Part shown: positions 1 through 11,322 of the stretch, piece by piece
Layout of the letters: every line of letters starts with the position of its first letter
Numbering within the stretch: the stretch's first letter is position 1
Assembly (NCBI GenBank): GCA_965223425.1
Contig: OZ245003.1
Span: forward strand, 1,280,001-1,344,000
Source: Nitrosopumilus sp.
GTDB taxonomy: Archaea; Thermoproteota; Nitrososphaeria; Nitrososphaerales; Nitrosopumilaceae
Direction: 5' to 3'
Length of the DNA stretch: 64,000 nucleotides
Program-made: the position numbers and the translations under genes
The notes under the pieces: generated by a model
Told to the model about the DNA's origin: nothing
The model's input: the letters and a program-made list of their open reading frames with translations, nothing else
The model's database searches: none

Positions 1-67
1 AGCAAGGCCGACATCTCTATCAGAAAGCCTGATCCTGTCTTAACATTGGTACCTATCAAGTGATCCT

Positions 68-418
68 ATGTCAAAGCCAAACATTGTTCAATTATCTGAA
101 TTTGATATCACTCAGAAAATTATTGAGTCATTAAGCAATGTTTGTACTAGGGCCGTATTGTTTTCTGTTAAAAACGAATCAAAAGACGCAACTTTGATTG
201 CCGATGAATTGAAAATTTCACTTTCAACTGTTTACAAAACACTGTCCACTTTGGAGGATCTTGCACTTGTTGAAATAAACAAGTATGTTATTTCATCTGA
301 AGGCAAAAAGATCAAGCAGTACCGCAGTAGAATTGGCAAAGTCGAGATTACTTTGGAGGATCTAGAACCCCGTTTGAATTTGTATCCCAACCCCATTAAT
401 CATAAATCAAACCCATAA
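68..418 (+). CDS. ArsR-like winged-helix transcriptional regulator
   Basis: HTH motif 'IADELKISLSTVYKTLSTL' followed by a wing (EGKKIKQY); lies upstream of the phn operon. Confidence 0.8.
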   Translation: MSKPNIVQLSEFDITQKIIESLSNVCTRAVLFSVKNESKDATLIADELKISLSTVYKTLSTLEDLALVEINKYVISSEGKKIKQYRSRIGKVEITLEDLEPRLNLYPNPINHKSNP

Positions 419-766
419 TTTTTTGTATCAAAAAAAAAAAATTAATTACATTTTTTGACAATTCCCATATCTGAGACATTCGTGATTAGACTATGTGGAA
501 AAAGTTCGTATCGATTTTAGAATGGTATGAATCAGTGTAGCAGAACCCACAACCAACTTGCAAAACAACCTACAAGTAGCCCAAAGTAGTGATTATGACC
601 ATGATGGCTAGTTTGTAAAACATGTCATGATAAAAGACATTTTGTCTTTGGAAAAAGTTGACTAGCGGCAAACTTTGATGATGTTTCCATTCTATAGACT
701 TGGAATGAATATTTAGAATGAAAATCTGGTTTAAATAACTTAGCTTCTCCTAAGATTTTCAGTAAT

Positions 767-1855
767 ATGAAACGACAAACAACTTTCGTATTGGTTGCCA
801 TGACTGTAGCAGTTGGTGCTATGACAGTACCATTGACCCAAGACGTCCGGGCAGAAGGTTTGATTCCTGACTGGATTAAAGCAAATGCCGGGTGGTGGGC
901 AAGTGGTTCTGTAGATGATGATACTTTTCTAAATGGTATTGCATACCTAATTGAAAATGACATCATTGATGTCTCGTCTGAATCAAAAACTATCGGTGTT
1001 GATACTCTCACAATTGGATTTATTCCGGTTGAAAAAGCCGATGAATTAACCCCGAAAGCCCAAGCACTAGAAAACTTCCTTGAAAATGAATTAGGCATCG
1101 AAGTTAAGGTAGTAGTCCCAACAAACTATGAAACCATAATTGAGGGAATGAGATTTGGCCACATTGATGCTGCATTTATGGATACAGGCCCTGCATGGAT
1201 TGCCCATCAGAGAACCGGCGCAGAAGCTGTATTGGCAGAACTTGTCAAAGGTAAGGTCAACTATCAAGCAACAGTATGGACATTAGCTGAAAATGATTCC
1301 ATTCAATCAATTGAAGATACTGTTGGTAAGAGGGTAGCTTTTACTAGCATTACTGGCTCATCGGGTTTTGTAAGGCCTATGGGAACTTTGGTTACTGACG
1401 GGCACGTAACTATTGAGGGTGATGACATAGTTGCATTGGAATCCGCATTGGCAAATAATTTTGAAAGTTATACTTTTGCAGGTGGCTACAAAGCAGCACT
1501 AGAATTGCTTCTAAATGGCAATGTTGATGCTGCATTTGGTTCAGACATTGCTCCTCAAAAATACCTTGGATTAGAAGATCAAGCAAAATTACGCCCGGTT
1601 ACAACTATTGGATCAGTGCCCTCTCATGTATTCATGGTGAGTGCTGATATGTCCGAATCTACCAAAAATGCCCTTGTATATTCCCTCATCAAACTAAACT
1701 ATGATGAGCATAACGTAATTTTGACAGATTTGTACGGTGCTGAAGCGCTAGTTCCAACCACCACTACTATGCATATTGGTGAATTTGGAGACTTTATTGA
1801 CACACTAACCGGACTTGATCAATTAATTCTTGACAAATACAACAAGAGCAAATAA
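767..1855 (+). CDS. phnD: phosphate/phosphite/phosphonate ABC transporter substrate-binding protein
   Basis: Signal peptide, thaumarchaeal 'IPDWIKANAGWW' domain, PhnD-like 'SITGSSGF' motif; followed by ATPase and permease. Confidence 0.9.
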   Translation: MKRQTTFVLVAMTVAVGAMTVPLTQDVRAEGLIPDWIKANAGWWASGSVDDDTFLNGIAYLIENDIIDVSSESKTIGVDTLTIGFIPVEKADELTPKAQALENFLENELGIEVKVVVPTNYETIIEGMRFGHIDAAFMDTGPAWIAHQRTGAEAVLAELVKGKVNYQATVWTLAENDSIQSIEDTVGKRVAFTSITGSSGFVRPMGTLVTDGHVTIEGDDIVALESALANNFESYTFAGGYKAALELLLNGNVDAAFGSDIAPQKYLGLEDQAKLRPVTTIGSVPSHVFMVSADMSESTKNALVYSLIKLNYDEHNVILTDLYGAEALVPTTTTMHIGEFGDFIDTLTGLDQLILDKYNKSK

Positions 1856-1872
1856 AAACTGGAATTCTGAAA

Positions 1873-2703
1873 ATGAAACAAATTCAGATGACCAAAAATC
1901 CTTCTCTCTCCTCAATTTCTACAAAGAAAATTATCCAGATGAATGATGTTTGGACATCATATGATTCTAAAAATTTTGCATTAGAGGGAGTTAACATGTC
2001 AATTGATAGAGGGACAAACTATGCAATTGTTGGGCAGTCTGGTTCTGGAAAATCTACTTTGCTTAAATTAATGAATGGGATGATGATTCCTAGCAAAGGA
2101 ACAATCAAAATTGACTATGTGACCCCTAACATGAATGAGAAAAAATTCAAAACTATGATGCATACAATTGGTTATATACCTCAAAGTCTCGGTCTGGTGA
2201 AAAATGTCACAGTTTTGGAAAATACCCTGCTTGGTGCATTACCTAGACTAAGCAAGATACAGTCTTTATTCAAGCGGTTTCCAGAACATGAGATTCAAGA
2301 AGCCAAAAGAATTTTAAAACTAGTTGGCTTGGCTGGAAAAGAAAACAGAAAAGCCTACATGCTCAGTGGCGGTGAGAAGAGACGTGTCGCTATTGCTAGA
2401 GCTCTGATGCAAAAACCAACAATGTTGTTAGCTGATGAAATTGTTTCTGAGTTAGATTATGTTACTGCACATGATATCATGGACTTGATTGCAGATGCTC
2501 AAAAAAGAATGAATCTCACTGCTGTTATGGTTCATCATGATATGCAATTGGCCTTAGAATATGCAAACCGTGTTGCAGTTATCAAGGAGGGACAAAAAGT
2601 TCTAGAGATTGGCGTCGAGGGAGACAAGATAGTTGATTTTCAAACAGGGGATATGAGCACCGAAGAGATTCTGGAGATGTATGCTGATGAACCCCAAAAA
2701 TAA
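1873..2703 (+). CDS. phnC: phosphonate ABC transporter ATP-binding protein
   Basis: Walker A GQSGSGKST, LSGGE signature, LLADE Walker B. Confidence 0.9.
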   Translation: MKQIQMTKNPSLSSISTKKIIQMNDVWTSYDSKNFALEGVNMSIDRGTNYAIVGQSGSGKSTLLKLMNGMMIPSKGTIKIDYVTPNMNEKKFKTMMHTIGYIPQSLGLVKNVTVLENTLLGALPRLSKIQSLFKRFPEHEIQEAKRILKLVGLAGKENRKAYMLSGGEKRRVAIARALMQKPTMLLADEIVSELDYVTAHDIMDLIADAQKRMNLTAVMVHHDMQLALEYANRVAVIKEGQKVLEIGVEGDKIVDFQTGDMSTEEILEMYADEPQK

Positions 2704-3472
2704 TATCATAGTTGGAATAATTATTGCAGTAGTTGTGGCCGCATCATACAATGTTGATGCAAATCCTATCGAATTTGTCGAGGGATTGCCAAACCTTGCA
2801 ATTGTTGCTGAAGAAATGCTACTTGTGGAACCAAAGTATGTTCCAACAGCCCTTTGGGCAATGTTTGAAACTATCCAAATGGCCTTTATCGGAACAATAG
2901 TTGGGGTTGCCATTGCATTGCCACTAAGCATGCTTGCTGCACGAAACCTTAACAGCAAATATGTTTATGCCCCCATTCGTGCGCTGTTGGCAGCTATTCG
3001 TACATTCCCATCAATTTTGTGGGCAATTTTATTTGTAATTATGGTTGGGCTGGGCCCCTTTGCTGGAGTGCTGGCAATCATTATGTATACAATTGGATTT
3101 GTAGCAAAATTACAGTATGAGGCAATTGAAACAATTGACTCTGATCCTATGGACGCAGTTGGCTCCATTGGGGTTTCAAAATGGCAGTTGATTCGTTATG
3201 TCGTGATTCCAGAATCTGCATCTCATCTTCTTAGCCAGATGCTCTACATGTTTGATTATAACATTCGTCAAACTAGCATCCTAGGCTTGGTAGGCGCAGG
3301 CGGAATTGGCTTTTACATCATCAATTATATTAAATTCTTTGAATATGGAAAAGCGGCAATTTTCATGTTGGTGGTATTGGTCACTGTTTTGGTAATTGAC
3401 TGGATTAGTGTTAAGATTAGAGATAACTACATCATAAAATCCCAACACGGGATGGAAGTATCTGCAAAATAA
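2681..3472 (+). CDS. phnE: phosphonate ABC transporter permease
   Basis: Hydrophobic helices; 'ILGLVGAGGIG' PhnE motif. Confidence 0.9.
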   Translation: MLMNPKNNIIVGIIIAVVVAASYNVDANPIEFVEGLPNLAIVAEEMLLVEPKYVPTALWAMFETIQMAFIGTIVGVAIALPLSMLAARNLNSKYVYAPIRALLAAIRTFPSILWAILFVIMVGLGPFAGVLAIIMYTIGFVAKLQYEAIETIDSDPMDAVGSIGVSKWQLIRYVVIPESASHLLSQMLYMFDYNIRQTSILGLVGAGGIGFYIINYIKFFEYGKAAIFMLVVLVTVLVIDWISVKIRDNYIIKSQHGMEVSAK

Positions 3473-3474
3473 TC

Positions 3475-4509
3475 TCATGTTGTAATTTTGTCTATCTGAT
3501 TGGATTCTGTGGCTGTTTTTATCTCCCTGGCCATCCTTCTGCCCATACTCATAGGCTCGTTAAACAAGAGCGAATAGTATGGCGAACCATCCATGTAGAT
3601 GTTGGTTCCAGCAACAATTCTTGCAGAGAATTCAAACGATGTGAATTTTGCATTCTCATCATAAACTCCCTCAATACAAAACGGTCCATTCATACCTGGT
3701 GCAACAAGTCTCTTTGCAGCATTCACAAAGTTTTCTCCCATGCTGTATACTTCGTCTAAAAGTGACTCCCTTAAAACCAACGGACTGTTCCCAATCACGT
3801 TAAATGAAGGAACCTTTTTGCTTTTCATCTGTTGTTCTGATGGAATTCTGGCCAATCCCTCAATGTCTGATTCATGTCTTTGATCAACTCCAAAGAATTC
3901 TAATTCTCCCTTTAACGGCGAATAAAAGAATTGTAAATATGCTAAAACCCCTGCTGCATATTCTTGAATGTAAAGCGTCTCGTCGCTTGAAATAACCCCT
4001 TCTGAAATTAGCTGGTTTCTTTTTGTATTGTAATCATCCTTGTTTGCTGCCAAAAAGTAACCTTTTCCTCCAGCGGCTCCTTGTCTTTTTACAATTACCA
4101 ATTTGTTGATGTCTTTAGGATCTGACACTGGAGTTGGAATCGGAAGACTTGCTTCTCTCATGAGTTTTTCCTTCATCTCCCTATCTGACTCCCATCTTAG
4201 AATCCACTTGTTTCCAAAGATCGGGGTTTTGATAGATTCGATCTCTTCAGAGCTCATCTGTGCAATCAGCGTTCCATGCGGAATCAAAACTGCATTATTT
4301 TGTTCTAGTGCATCTTGGCATCTTTGATCTAGAACTTCTTTGAATGCATCAACCAAAATTAATTCATCAATAAACGGGAATCTTCGATATAGTTTTTCTC
4401 GTTTTTTTTCACAGACTAGCACCGTTGTTAGACCCTCGTCTTTTGCGCCTTTGAGAACCTGTAGTGCACAGTGAGAACCAAGGGTGGCAACTGCTGTCAT
4501 GCTAGTCAT
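3475..4509 (-). CDS. purP: formate-dependent AICAR formyltransferase (ATP-grasp), PurP family
   Basis: 'ATLGSHCALQVLKGAKDEG' and 'FEFSARIVAGTN' motifs. Confidence 0.9.
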   Translation of the reverse strand: MTSMTAVATLGSHCALQVLKGAKDEGLTTVLVCEKKREKLYRRFPFIDELILVDAFKEVLDQRCQDALEQNNAVLIPHGTLIAQMSSEEIESIKTPIFGNKWILRWESDREMKEKLMREASLPIPTPVSDPKDINKLVIVKRQGAAGGKGYFLAANKDDYNTKRNQLISEGVISSDETLYIQEYAAGVLAYLQFFYSPLKGELEFFGVDQRHESDIEGLARIPSEQQMKSKKVPSFNVIGNSPLVLRESLLDEVYSMGENFVNAAKRLVAPGMNGPFCIEGVYDENAKFTSFEFSARIVAGTNIYMDGSPYYSLLFNEPMSMGRRMAREIKTATESNQIDKITT

Positions 4510-4523
4510 TCTGGCACTGGACT

Positions 4524-4733
4524 TTATGAACTATGTGTGACTGCCACGTACTGAAATATCTCATCAATCAATTCCACGCTTAACTCTGATTTGATATCGT
4601 CGGGAATCACCTTTAGTATAAAATCATACATTGTTGTGTTTTCAGGAAGGTCATTTCTTTCTTGCAATAAAGAAAAAACAGCAATTCCGTTTGAGATGAT
4701 TGCTACCGTTTTTTCTTTGTCAGTAAGGGCCAT
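4524..4733 (-). CDS. small hypothetical protein
   Basis: 69-aa ORF filling the intergenic gap, with host-like composition. Confidence 0.65.
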   Translation of the reverse strand: MALTDKEKTVAIISNGIAVFSLLQERNDLPENTTMYDFILKVIPDDIKSELSVELIDEIFQYVAVTHSS

Positions 4734-4818
4734 TATTCTGTTGGGGAATGGCAGTAATTTAATCTAAATCCAGATAGTGAAAAATTAATTACACCATACA
4801 GATGAAATAAAGTGAATT

Positions 4819-6129
4819 ATGATAGAAACTGAGTTAGGAAATTTACGCAGATCCCATTATTCTGATGGAATTGACGCCTCTATGGATGGGGATCAAGTTA
4901 CAATCATGGGCTGGGTCTTGACAATTCGAGGACATGGCAACATCAGTTTTGCCACCATTCGTGACAAAAATGGCGACATTTCTGTTATAGCAAAAAAAGG
5001 AGATTGTCCAGATGACATTCGTGAAAAAATTTCTTCACTTAAAGCCCATTCATCTGTTGCTATCACTGGAAAAGTAAAGTCTTCTGAAAAAGCACCTACC
5101 GGATTTGAAATAGTTCCAGCAGAACTAAGAGTGTTTTCTGAGGTTGAAAAAATTCCGCCTTTTGAACCTACTGCAAAAACTGTCAAAAACATTGATACTA
5201 GGCTAGAGGTAAGGCCAATTGATCTTAGACGCAAATCGCTGCAGCATATCTTCAACACTCGAAGTTTGGTTTTAAAATCAATTAGAGATTATTTTAATGA
5301 ACAAGCATTTACTGAAATTAACACCCCAAAAATGATTGCAACAGCTACTGAAGGCGGGGCTGCACTGTTTGCAATATTTTACTACAATAAAGAAGCATTT
5401 CTGGCCCAAAGTCCGCAATTGTACAAAGAGCAATTAACAATGAGTTTTGAAAAAGTTTTTGAAATTGCACCTATTTTTAGGGCCGAGCCGTCAAGAACCA
5501 ACCGTCATTTGGCCGAGGCAATCTCTATTGATTTGGAGGAAGCCTTTGTTGATTATAATGATGTGATGGATAGAGTTGAAGAAATCATCAAGATTTCAAT
5601 TAAAGCAGTTAATGATTATGCAAAGGATAATCCCGATACCGAATTTGTAATCCCTGCCCTCCCTGAAACCATTCCACGACATTCTTACGATGAACTAGTT
5701 GACAAAATGCAAAAAGCTGGAGCAAAAACTGAATGGGGTGATGATTTGTACCCATCCAATCTTAAAAAAATCGGTCTTGAAGGCTTTTACTTTATCACTG
5801 ATTGGCCATTAGGTCCAAAGCCCTTCTATGTAAAAGACAGCAAATCAAACCCCAAAATTTCTGAGTCATTTGATTTGATGTTTGGGGATTTAGAATTGTC
5901 TTCGGGAAGTACCAGAATTGAAAAGCGAGATGAACTAGCTGAGAGAATGAAGAACAAGGGAATGAAGACTGATGCATTTGAGTATCATCTTGGAGCCTTT
6001 GATTATGGCGTTCCTCCTCATGCTGGATGCGGAATTGGTCTTGAGAGACTGATCATGGCATTAACTGGCACTGAAAACATACGAGACGTAACATTTTATC
6101 CAAGAGATGTTGACAGGTTAACACCTTAG
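4819..6129 (+). CDS. aspS: non-discriminating aspartyl-tRNA synthetase
   Basis: OB fold, 'LAQSPQLYK', 'FRAE', 'PPHAGCGIGLERL'; adjacent to gatCAB. Confidence 0.95.
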   Translation: MIETELGNLRRSHYSDGIDASMDGDQVTIMGWVLTIRGHGNISFATIRDKNGDISVIAKKGDCPDDIREKISSLKAHSSVAITGKVKSSEKAPTGFEIVPAELRVFSEVEKIPPFEPTAKTVKNIDTRLEVRPIDLRRKSLQHIFNTRSLVLKSIRDYFNEQAFTEINTPKMIATATEGGAALFAIFYYNKEAFLAQSPQLYKEQLTMSFEKVFEIAPIFRAEPSRTNRHLAEAISIDLEEAFVDYNDVMDRVEEIIKISIKAVNDYAKDNPDTEFVIPALPETIPRHSYDELVDKMQKAGAKTEWGDDLYPSNLKKIGLEGFYFITDWPLGPKPFYVKDSKSNPKISESFDLMFGDLELSSGSTRIEKRDELAERMKNKGMKTDAFEYHLGAFDYGVPPHAGCGIGLERLIMALTGTENIRDVTFYPRDVDRLTP

Positions 6130-6138
6130 GTGTGGTAA

Positions 6139-6405
6139 ATGGTTACAGAGGAAGAAATCGAACACGTCTCAAAACTGATGAGAATAGAAGTTGACGATCA
6201 CAGGGAATACGTAGACAAAGTGCATACAATGATTGATTATTTTGATATTCTGGATTCTGCCGGCGTTGAAGATGAAGAAATCGCCATGCAAAGTATCCTG
6301 ATTTCGAATTTACGTGAAGACAAACACATTCCATTTGATGAAAAATTAATCGAAAAACTAAATCACTATAAAGGAACTTACATTCGAGCACCAAAGATGT
6401 CCTGA
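6139..6405 (+). CDS. gatC: Asp/Glu-tRNA amidotransferase subunit C
   Basis: Size, 'LRED' and 'RAPK' end, operon position. Confidence 0.85.
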   Translation: MVTEEEIEHVSKLMRIEVDDHREYVDKVHTMIDYFDILDSAGVEDEEIAMQSILISNLREDKHIPFDEKLIEKLNHYKGTYIRAPKMS

Positions 6406-7850
6406 TGAATCTCAAAATTTCTGCCCTAGATTATGTCCAAGAAGTGCAAAATGGAAATATTTCGGCTGAAGATTTTGTATCTTCCACTATTGAAAGGATC
6501 CACAACGTTGATGAAAAACTTCACGCATTTTTATCTGTAAATGATGGTGCTATTAATCAAGCAAAAGACATCGATAAGAAAATAAAATCAGGTGCCAAAG
6601 TTGGCTCTTGTTATGGAATGCCAGTTTCAATTAAAGACAACATGTGCATCAAGGGTAGCAAAACAACTTGTGCATCAAAAATGTTAGAAAATTTTATTGC
6701 GCCTTACGATGCAACTGTAATTTCAAAACTCAAAGCACAAGATGCAGTTTTTATCGGTAAGACAAACATGGATGAGTTTGCCATGGGTTTGACAACTGAG
6801 TTTAGCGCATTTGGTTCAAGTAAAAACCCTTGGAATACTGATTGCGTTCCGGGGGGCTCTTCTGGTGGAAGCGCTGTATCTGTTAGTGCCTTTGAATGTC
6901 TTGCGTCGCTTGGTTCTGATACTGGTGGTTCTGTTAGAAATCCTGCAAGCTTTTGTTCTACTGTTGGCCACAAACCAACCTATGGCTTGATTAGCAGGTA
7001 TGGCTTGGTCTCATACGCAAACAGCATTGAGCAGATTGGCCCATTGACCCGAACTGTAAAAGACGCTGCTTTCATGCTAAACTTGGTTGCTGGATTGGAT
7101 CCTAATGACAATACAACTGTAAACAACCACAATGAAGACTATCTTACCGGCATAGATTCTGGAATAGAAGGAAAAAAGATAGGAATTATCAAAGAAATGA
7201 TGGCTGAAGGTACTGATCCTACAGTGTTATCTGCAACCAACGATGCTATCTCAAAATTGGAGAGCCTTGGTGCTACATGCGAAGAAATTTCCTTGGAGAT
7301 GGTAAAGTATTCAGTTGCAGCATACTATACAATCACTGCTACTGAAGCGGGAAGTAATCTTGCAAGATACGATAATCTAAGATATGGGTATGAATTTCCA
7401 GTAGAGGGCTATGAGTTTAATTCTTACATTGAAAAAGCAAGAAAGAATTTTGGCCCTGAAGTTATACGTAGAATGATCATTGGGGGGTTTGTTCCATCTG
7501 CAGGCCATGCCGGAAAATATTTCCTCAAAGCACTTAAGGTGAAAAATAAACTCACAAAGGAAATCAATGAGGCATTTAAGAAATTTGATCTTTTGATTGC
7601 GCCTACTGTCCCAATTTTACCATTTAAGATAGGTGAAAAAATTGATGATCCTGTATCCATGTTTCTAATTGACATCAATACAGTAACTGCCAATCTTACA
7701 GGAAAGCCTGCAATCTCAGTTCCTTATGCTGTATCAAACGGACTGCCAATTGGAATCCAGCTGTTGGCCGACTCTATGCAAGATAAACTGCTACTCCAAG
7801 CAGCACATGCATTAGAACAGACTGTAAAACTACCGGAGGTTCCAATATGA
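6405..7850 (+). CDS. gatA: Asp/Glu-tRNA amidotransferase subunit A
   Basis: Amidase signature GGSSGGSA ... GSDTGGSVR. Confidence 0.95.
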   Translation: MNLKISALDYVQEVQNGNISAEDFVSSTIERIHNVDEKLHAFLSVNDGAINQAKDIDKKIKSGAKVGSCYGMPVSIKDNMCIKGSKTTCASKMLENFIAPYDATVISKLKAQDAVFIGKTNMDEFAMGLTTEFSAFGSSKNPWNTDCVPGGSSGGSAVSVSAFECLASLGSDTGGSVRNPASFCSTVGHKPTYGLISRYGLVSYANSIEQIGPLTRTVKDAAFMLNLVAGLDPNDNTTVNNHNEDYLTGIDSGIEGKKIGIIKEMMAEGTDPTVLSATNDAISKLESLGATCEEISLEMVKYSVAAYYTITATEAGSNLARYDNLRYGYEFPVEGYEFNSYIEKARKNFGPEVIRRMIIGGFVPSAGHAGKYFLKALKVKNKLTKEINEAFKKFDLLIAPTVPILPFKIGEKIDDPVSMFLIDINTVTANLTGKPAISVPYAVSNGLPIGIQLLADSMQDKLLLQAAHALEQTVKLPEVPI

Positions 7851-9253
7851 CCAAAATTGGTTTAGAAATTCACTGTCAACTGACAAATCTTGAAAGCAAA
7901 CTGTTCTGTTCCTGCAAGGCCAACTACCGCGGATTTGAGATTAATGAAAATATCTGTCCTGTTTGTATGGGGCTGCCCGGAAGTTTGCCTAGGTTAAACC
8001 AGGAGGCAGTAAAAAAAGCAACAATGATTGCCATGGCGCTTAATTGTAGTACTCCTGATAGAATTGCATTTTTTAGGAAAAATTATTTCTATCCTGATTT
8101 GCCAAAAAACTTCCAAATTACACAACTTGACATATATGGCGATACTAGCGTCGGTGGCCCAGGCTCTATACTGGTTGGAGATAAAAAAATTAACTTTACG
8201 AGGGTTCAGCTTGAAGAAGACCCTGGACGGCTCATTTATGAGGGAAGTTCTACTAAAAATCAAATTACGCTAGTTGATTACAATCGTGCAGGCACTCCAC
8301 TAGTTGAGATTGTCACAGAACCTGATTTTGAGAATCCAAAACAGGTAAGAGAATTTTTGAATATTTTGTCTGACTTGCTTGAAAATCTAGGGGTGTCTGA
8401 TCCTAGTCTGGAGGGCGCAATGAGGGCAGATGCTAACGTTTCAATTGAAGGGGGAAGAAAAGTTGAGATTAAAAATATTGGCTCGTTTCACGACTTGGAA
8501 AAAGCAGTACACTTTGAAATTACTAGACAAAAAAGCTTGCATTCTAGAGAAATTGAATTTGCACAAGAAACACGTCATTGGGATGATAAAAGAAAGGTTA
8601 CCATCCCCTCTCGTTCCAAAGAAGAAGCGCTTGATTATAGATATTTTCTGGAGGGCGATATTCCTTGGGTAACAATTGGTTCAGAGACCCAAGAAAAATT
8701 AAAATCAAAAATGCCTGAGAGCATTAGTTCAAAAAAAGAACGATATGTCTCAAAATACAATATGCCAGATCAAGTTGCTGATGTTTTGTCATCTGACAAG
8801 TTTTATTCTGATTTGTTTGACGAATCCCATACTGACTCGAATGCAAAAGAAATTGCAAACATCATAACAACTGATTTGATGGGTTTGGTGGATACTAGAG
8901 AAAAAAGAGAAGCGTCCAAAATCCTGCCTACGCATTTACGTGATTTAGCTGATTCAATCCAATCCGGAAAAATATCTAGGAATTCAGCTAAAAATGCTTT
9001 GTATGAAATTGTAAAGACTGGTAAGAATTTATCACAAGTAATGTCTGAATTAGATTTGGGAAACGTGTCTGATGAGTCAGAACTAATAAAAGTTATACAG
9101 GAAGTGATTTCTGAGGAGCCCCAAGCTGCAGGACAAGCAAAGTCAAATCCGCAAGCTATCAACTATTTGGTTGGTAAAGTAATGAAAAAGACAAAGGGAA
9201 AAGCAGATCCTAAACCCACTTTGAACCTGATGAAAAAAGAGATAGGGGTTTAA
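7847..9253 (+). CDS. gatB: Asp/Glu-tRNA amidotransferase subunit B
   Basis: 'IGLEIH', 'RKNYFYPDLPK', 'DYNRAGTPLVEIVTEPD'. Confidence 0.95.
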   Translation: MTKIGLEIHCQLTNLESKLFCSCKANYRGFEINENICPVCMGLPGSLPRLNQEAVKKATMIAMALNCSTPDRIAFFRKNYFYPDLPKNFQITQLDIYGDTSVGGPGSILVGDKKINFTRVQLEEDPGRLIYEGSSTKNQITLVDYNRAGTPLVEIVTEPDFENPKQVREFLNILSDLLENLGVSDPSLEGAMRADANVSIEGGRKVEIKNIGSFHDLEKAVHFEITRQKSLHSREIEFAQETRHWDDKRKVTIPSRSKEEALDYRYFLEGDIPWVTIGSETQEKLKSKMPESISSKKERYVSKYNMPDQVADVLSSDKFYSDLFDESHTDSNAKEIANIITTDLMGLVDTREKREASKILPTHLRDLADSIQSGKISRNSAKNALYEIVKTGKNLSQVMSELDLGNVSDESELIKVIQEVISEEPQAAGQAKSNPQAINYLVGKVMKKTKGKADPKPTLNLMKKEIGV

Positions 9254-9516
9254 TGAAGGATCTTTCATTAGAAGACATTGAATTTATTAAAATTCTAGCC
9301 GTCTCTGATGCTGTTATCCTTCAGGAGGGCATGAATGATGCGACTCGGCGTAGACTCGACGAGCAAATAGGCGTGATCTTGCGTGAATATTACCTTGAAA
9401 ACACTACAAATACAGGAACCGATTGGAATGCCAAATTTATCAAAGCTGGAATAACTGAAGATGATGGACGTTCTGCAATTGCTTGTGCAAGACGCCTTGG
9501 CATAGATATCTCATAA
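9253..9516 (+). CDS. hypothetical protein
   Basis: 87-aa ORF translationally coupled to gatB. Confidence 0.7.
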   Translation: MKDLSLEDIEFIKILAVSDAVILQEGMNDATRRRLDEQIGVILREYYLENTTNTGTDWNAKFIKAGITEDDGRSAIACARRLGIDIS

Positions 9517-10020
9517 TAAGGCAAAAAATCTTTTTACGCTCTTTTTGTTTTTATAAATTGAATCTTGCCTAATTTTGAATTTGTCCCGACTCGAAAACAA
9601 ATCGAAGAATCAAACATTTACAAATTTATGCAAAAGCACAGCGTTTCATCAATCGAGGAATTATCCAGAAAAGCCAAAGAAAATTTAGAGTGGTTTTGGG
9701 AGTCCGTTGATCAAGATATTGGCGTTGTTTGGGATGCTCCCTATACAAAAACACTTGATGCAAGTGCAGGTCTTGCTTGGTCTAAATGGTTTGTCAATGG
9801 TAAGACAAACATCTACAAGTCTTCTGTTGAAAAATTTGTAAAAAAAAATCCACATAAAACAGCATATCATTTTATCTCCGAGGATGGAAAAACATCAAAG
9901 ATTTCTTATTCAGAACTAAATTCTAAAGTATCAAAACTTGCAAATGGCCTTAAATCTATCGGTGTAAAAAAAGGTGACGTTATTGCAATTTACTTGCCAA
10001 TGATTGAAGAATCTATTTTG

Positions 10021-11322
10021 CAGTAGTTGGGATTGTACATTTTGGATAGCCCAAACTGATCATTTTGAGAACAAAACACGATCAACCAGATCCAAATACA
10101 AGGCATGCTCACCCACCTTAACATGTACGAAAAAGATGGGCAAACACACCAACAGAATCAAGACATCAGGGGATTTAAAATCTTCCAGTCCGCACTGCAA
10201 CACCTGAACCTTGCCTTTGGCACAAGACACAACACGCTGTACTGCCTCAGGGATGCAGCGCACATGCTTCTGGTCATGGCCAGCTCCAACGGATACGCCA
10301 ACGGCGCGCGAGATCTCGGCTCTCCCGGCATCCGCATGCCGTCGGGCAGCTGGCTGCTCAAAAAGCTGCGCATCATAAAGCAGGACAAGATGAACCGCTT
10401 CTGCGACCAGATGATGCATGATACGGTCAACACGGCATGCCGCAGCATGAGGCGACGCATCAGCAACGAAACGGCAGTGGCTGCAATAGACAAGCACAAG
10501 ATTCCGCACCATGACAAAAACCCCGACCTCAAACACCTCATACAGTCAAAATACGAGTCAGGAACGTACAGGTTTGAGTCATACATGACATCCAAGATAG
10601 TGCAGGGCGGCAAGGAGGCCAACCTGTGCTTCAGTCCGGTCACCCGGGGTACATCCAACGGCGAATTCGTGCGTAAAACCATCAAAAAGTGCTCCAAGCT
10701 GCACCTTGGAATCAATCTTTACCTTCTTGACAGGGAGTTTTACGCAACAGACGTGATGCGGACTGTCAGATCGCTTCACAGGCATTTTATCATGCCGGCA
10801 AAAAAGAATGCCGGCATCAAGCGCGCCATTGTACAGCACGCCCAAGGAAAGCGCGGTGATGTCTCTAGGTACACCATAAAATCAGGCTCCGAAAAGTTCA
10901 CGTTCAACCTGGTTCTGATCAGGGATGACGCCGGGAAAAAAGACGGCACCATGTTTGACAGGTATCGCGCATTTGCAACGTCGCTGCCATGCGAGAATGA
11001 AAGGGACGTTGTCAAGTACATCCCAGAGCAGTACAAAAAACGTTGGGGAATTGAAACGGGGTACAGGTCTGCAAAGAGCGTACGCGCGCGCACTGCCAGC
11101 AGGAACCCCTCCGTACGGATGCTTTTGTTTGTCTTGTCACTGGTGATAAACAACATCTGGATAGGCCTGCGTCGCACGGTGGGCAGACAAAGATATCATG
11201 TGACACTTGCCGGTGTTTTAAACAGGATGATCCGCGTGTTTGCAGAATATGTGTATGCCAGGTGGCCACCGCCTACCGGGTGATTTGTGGGCTGTTTTGG
11301 AACGGTACAATCCCAACTACTG
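10021..11322 (+). mobile_element. ISH3-like (IS4 superfamily) insertion sequence
   Basis: Terminal IR CAGTAGTTGGGATTGTAC at both ends; 6-bp TSD ATTTTG (10015-10020 and 11323-11328); GC-rich. Confidence 0.9.
10105..11283 (+). CDS. ISH3-like DDE transposase
   Basis: 'AAID', 'LLDREFY', 'YKKRWGIETGYR' (YREK-like) motifs. Confidence 0.9.
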   Translation: MLTHLNMYEKDGQTHQQNQDIRGFKIFQSALQHLNLAFGTRHNTLYCLRDAAHMLLVMASSNGYANGARDLGSPGIRMPSGSWLLKKLRIIKQDKMNRFCDQMMHDTVNTACRSMRRRISNETAVAAIDKHKIPHHDKNPDLKHLIQSKYESGTYRFESYMTSKIVQGGKEANLCFSPVTRGTSNGEFVRKTIKKCSKLHLGINLYLLDREFYATDVMRTVRSLHRHFIMPAKKNAGIKRAIVQHAQGKRGDVSRYTIKSGSEKFTFNLVLIRDDAGKKDGTMFDRYRAFATSLPCENERDVVKYIPEQYKKRWGIETGYRSAKSVRARTASRNPSVRMLLFVLSLVINNIWIGLRRTVGRQRYHVTLAGVLNRMIRVFAEYVYARWPPPTG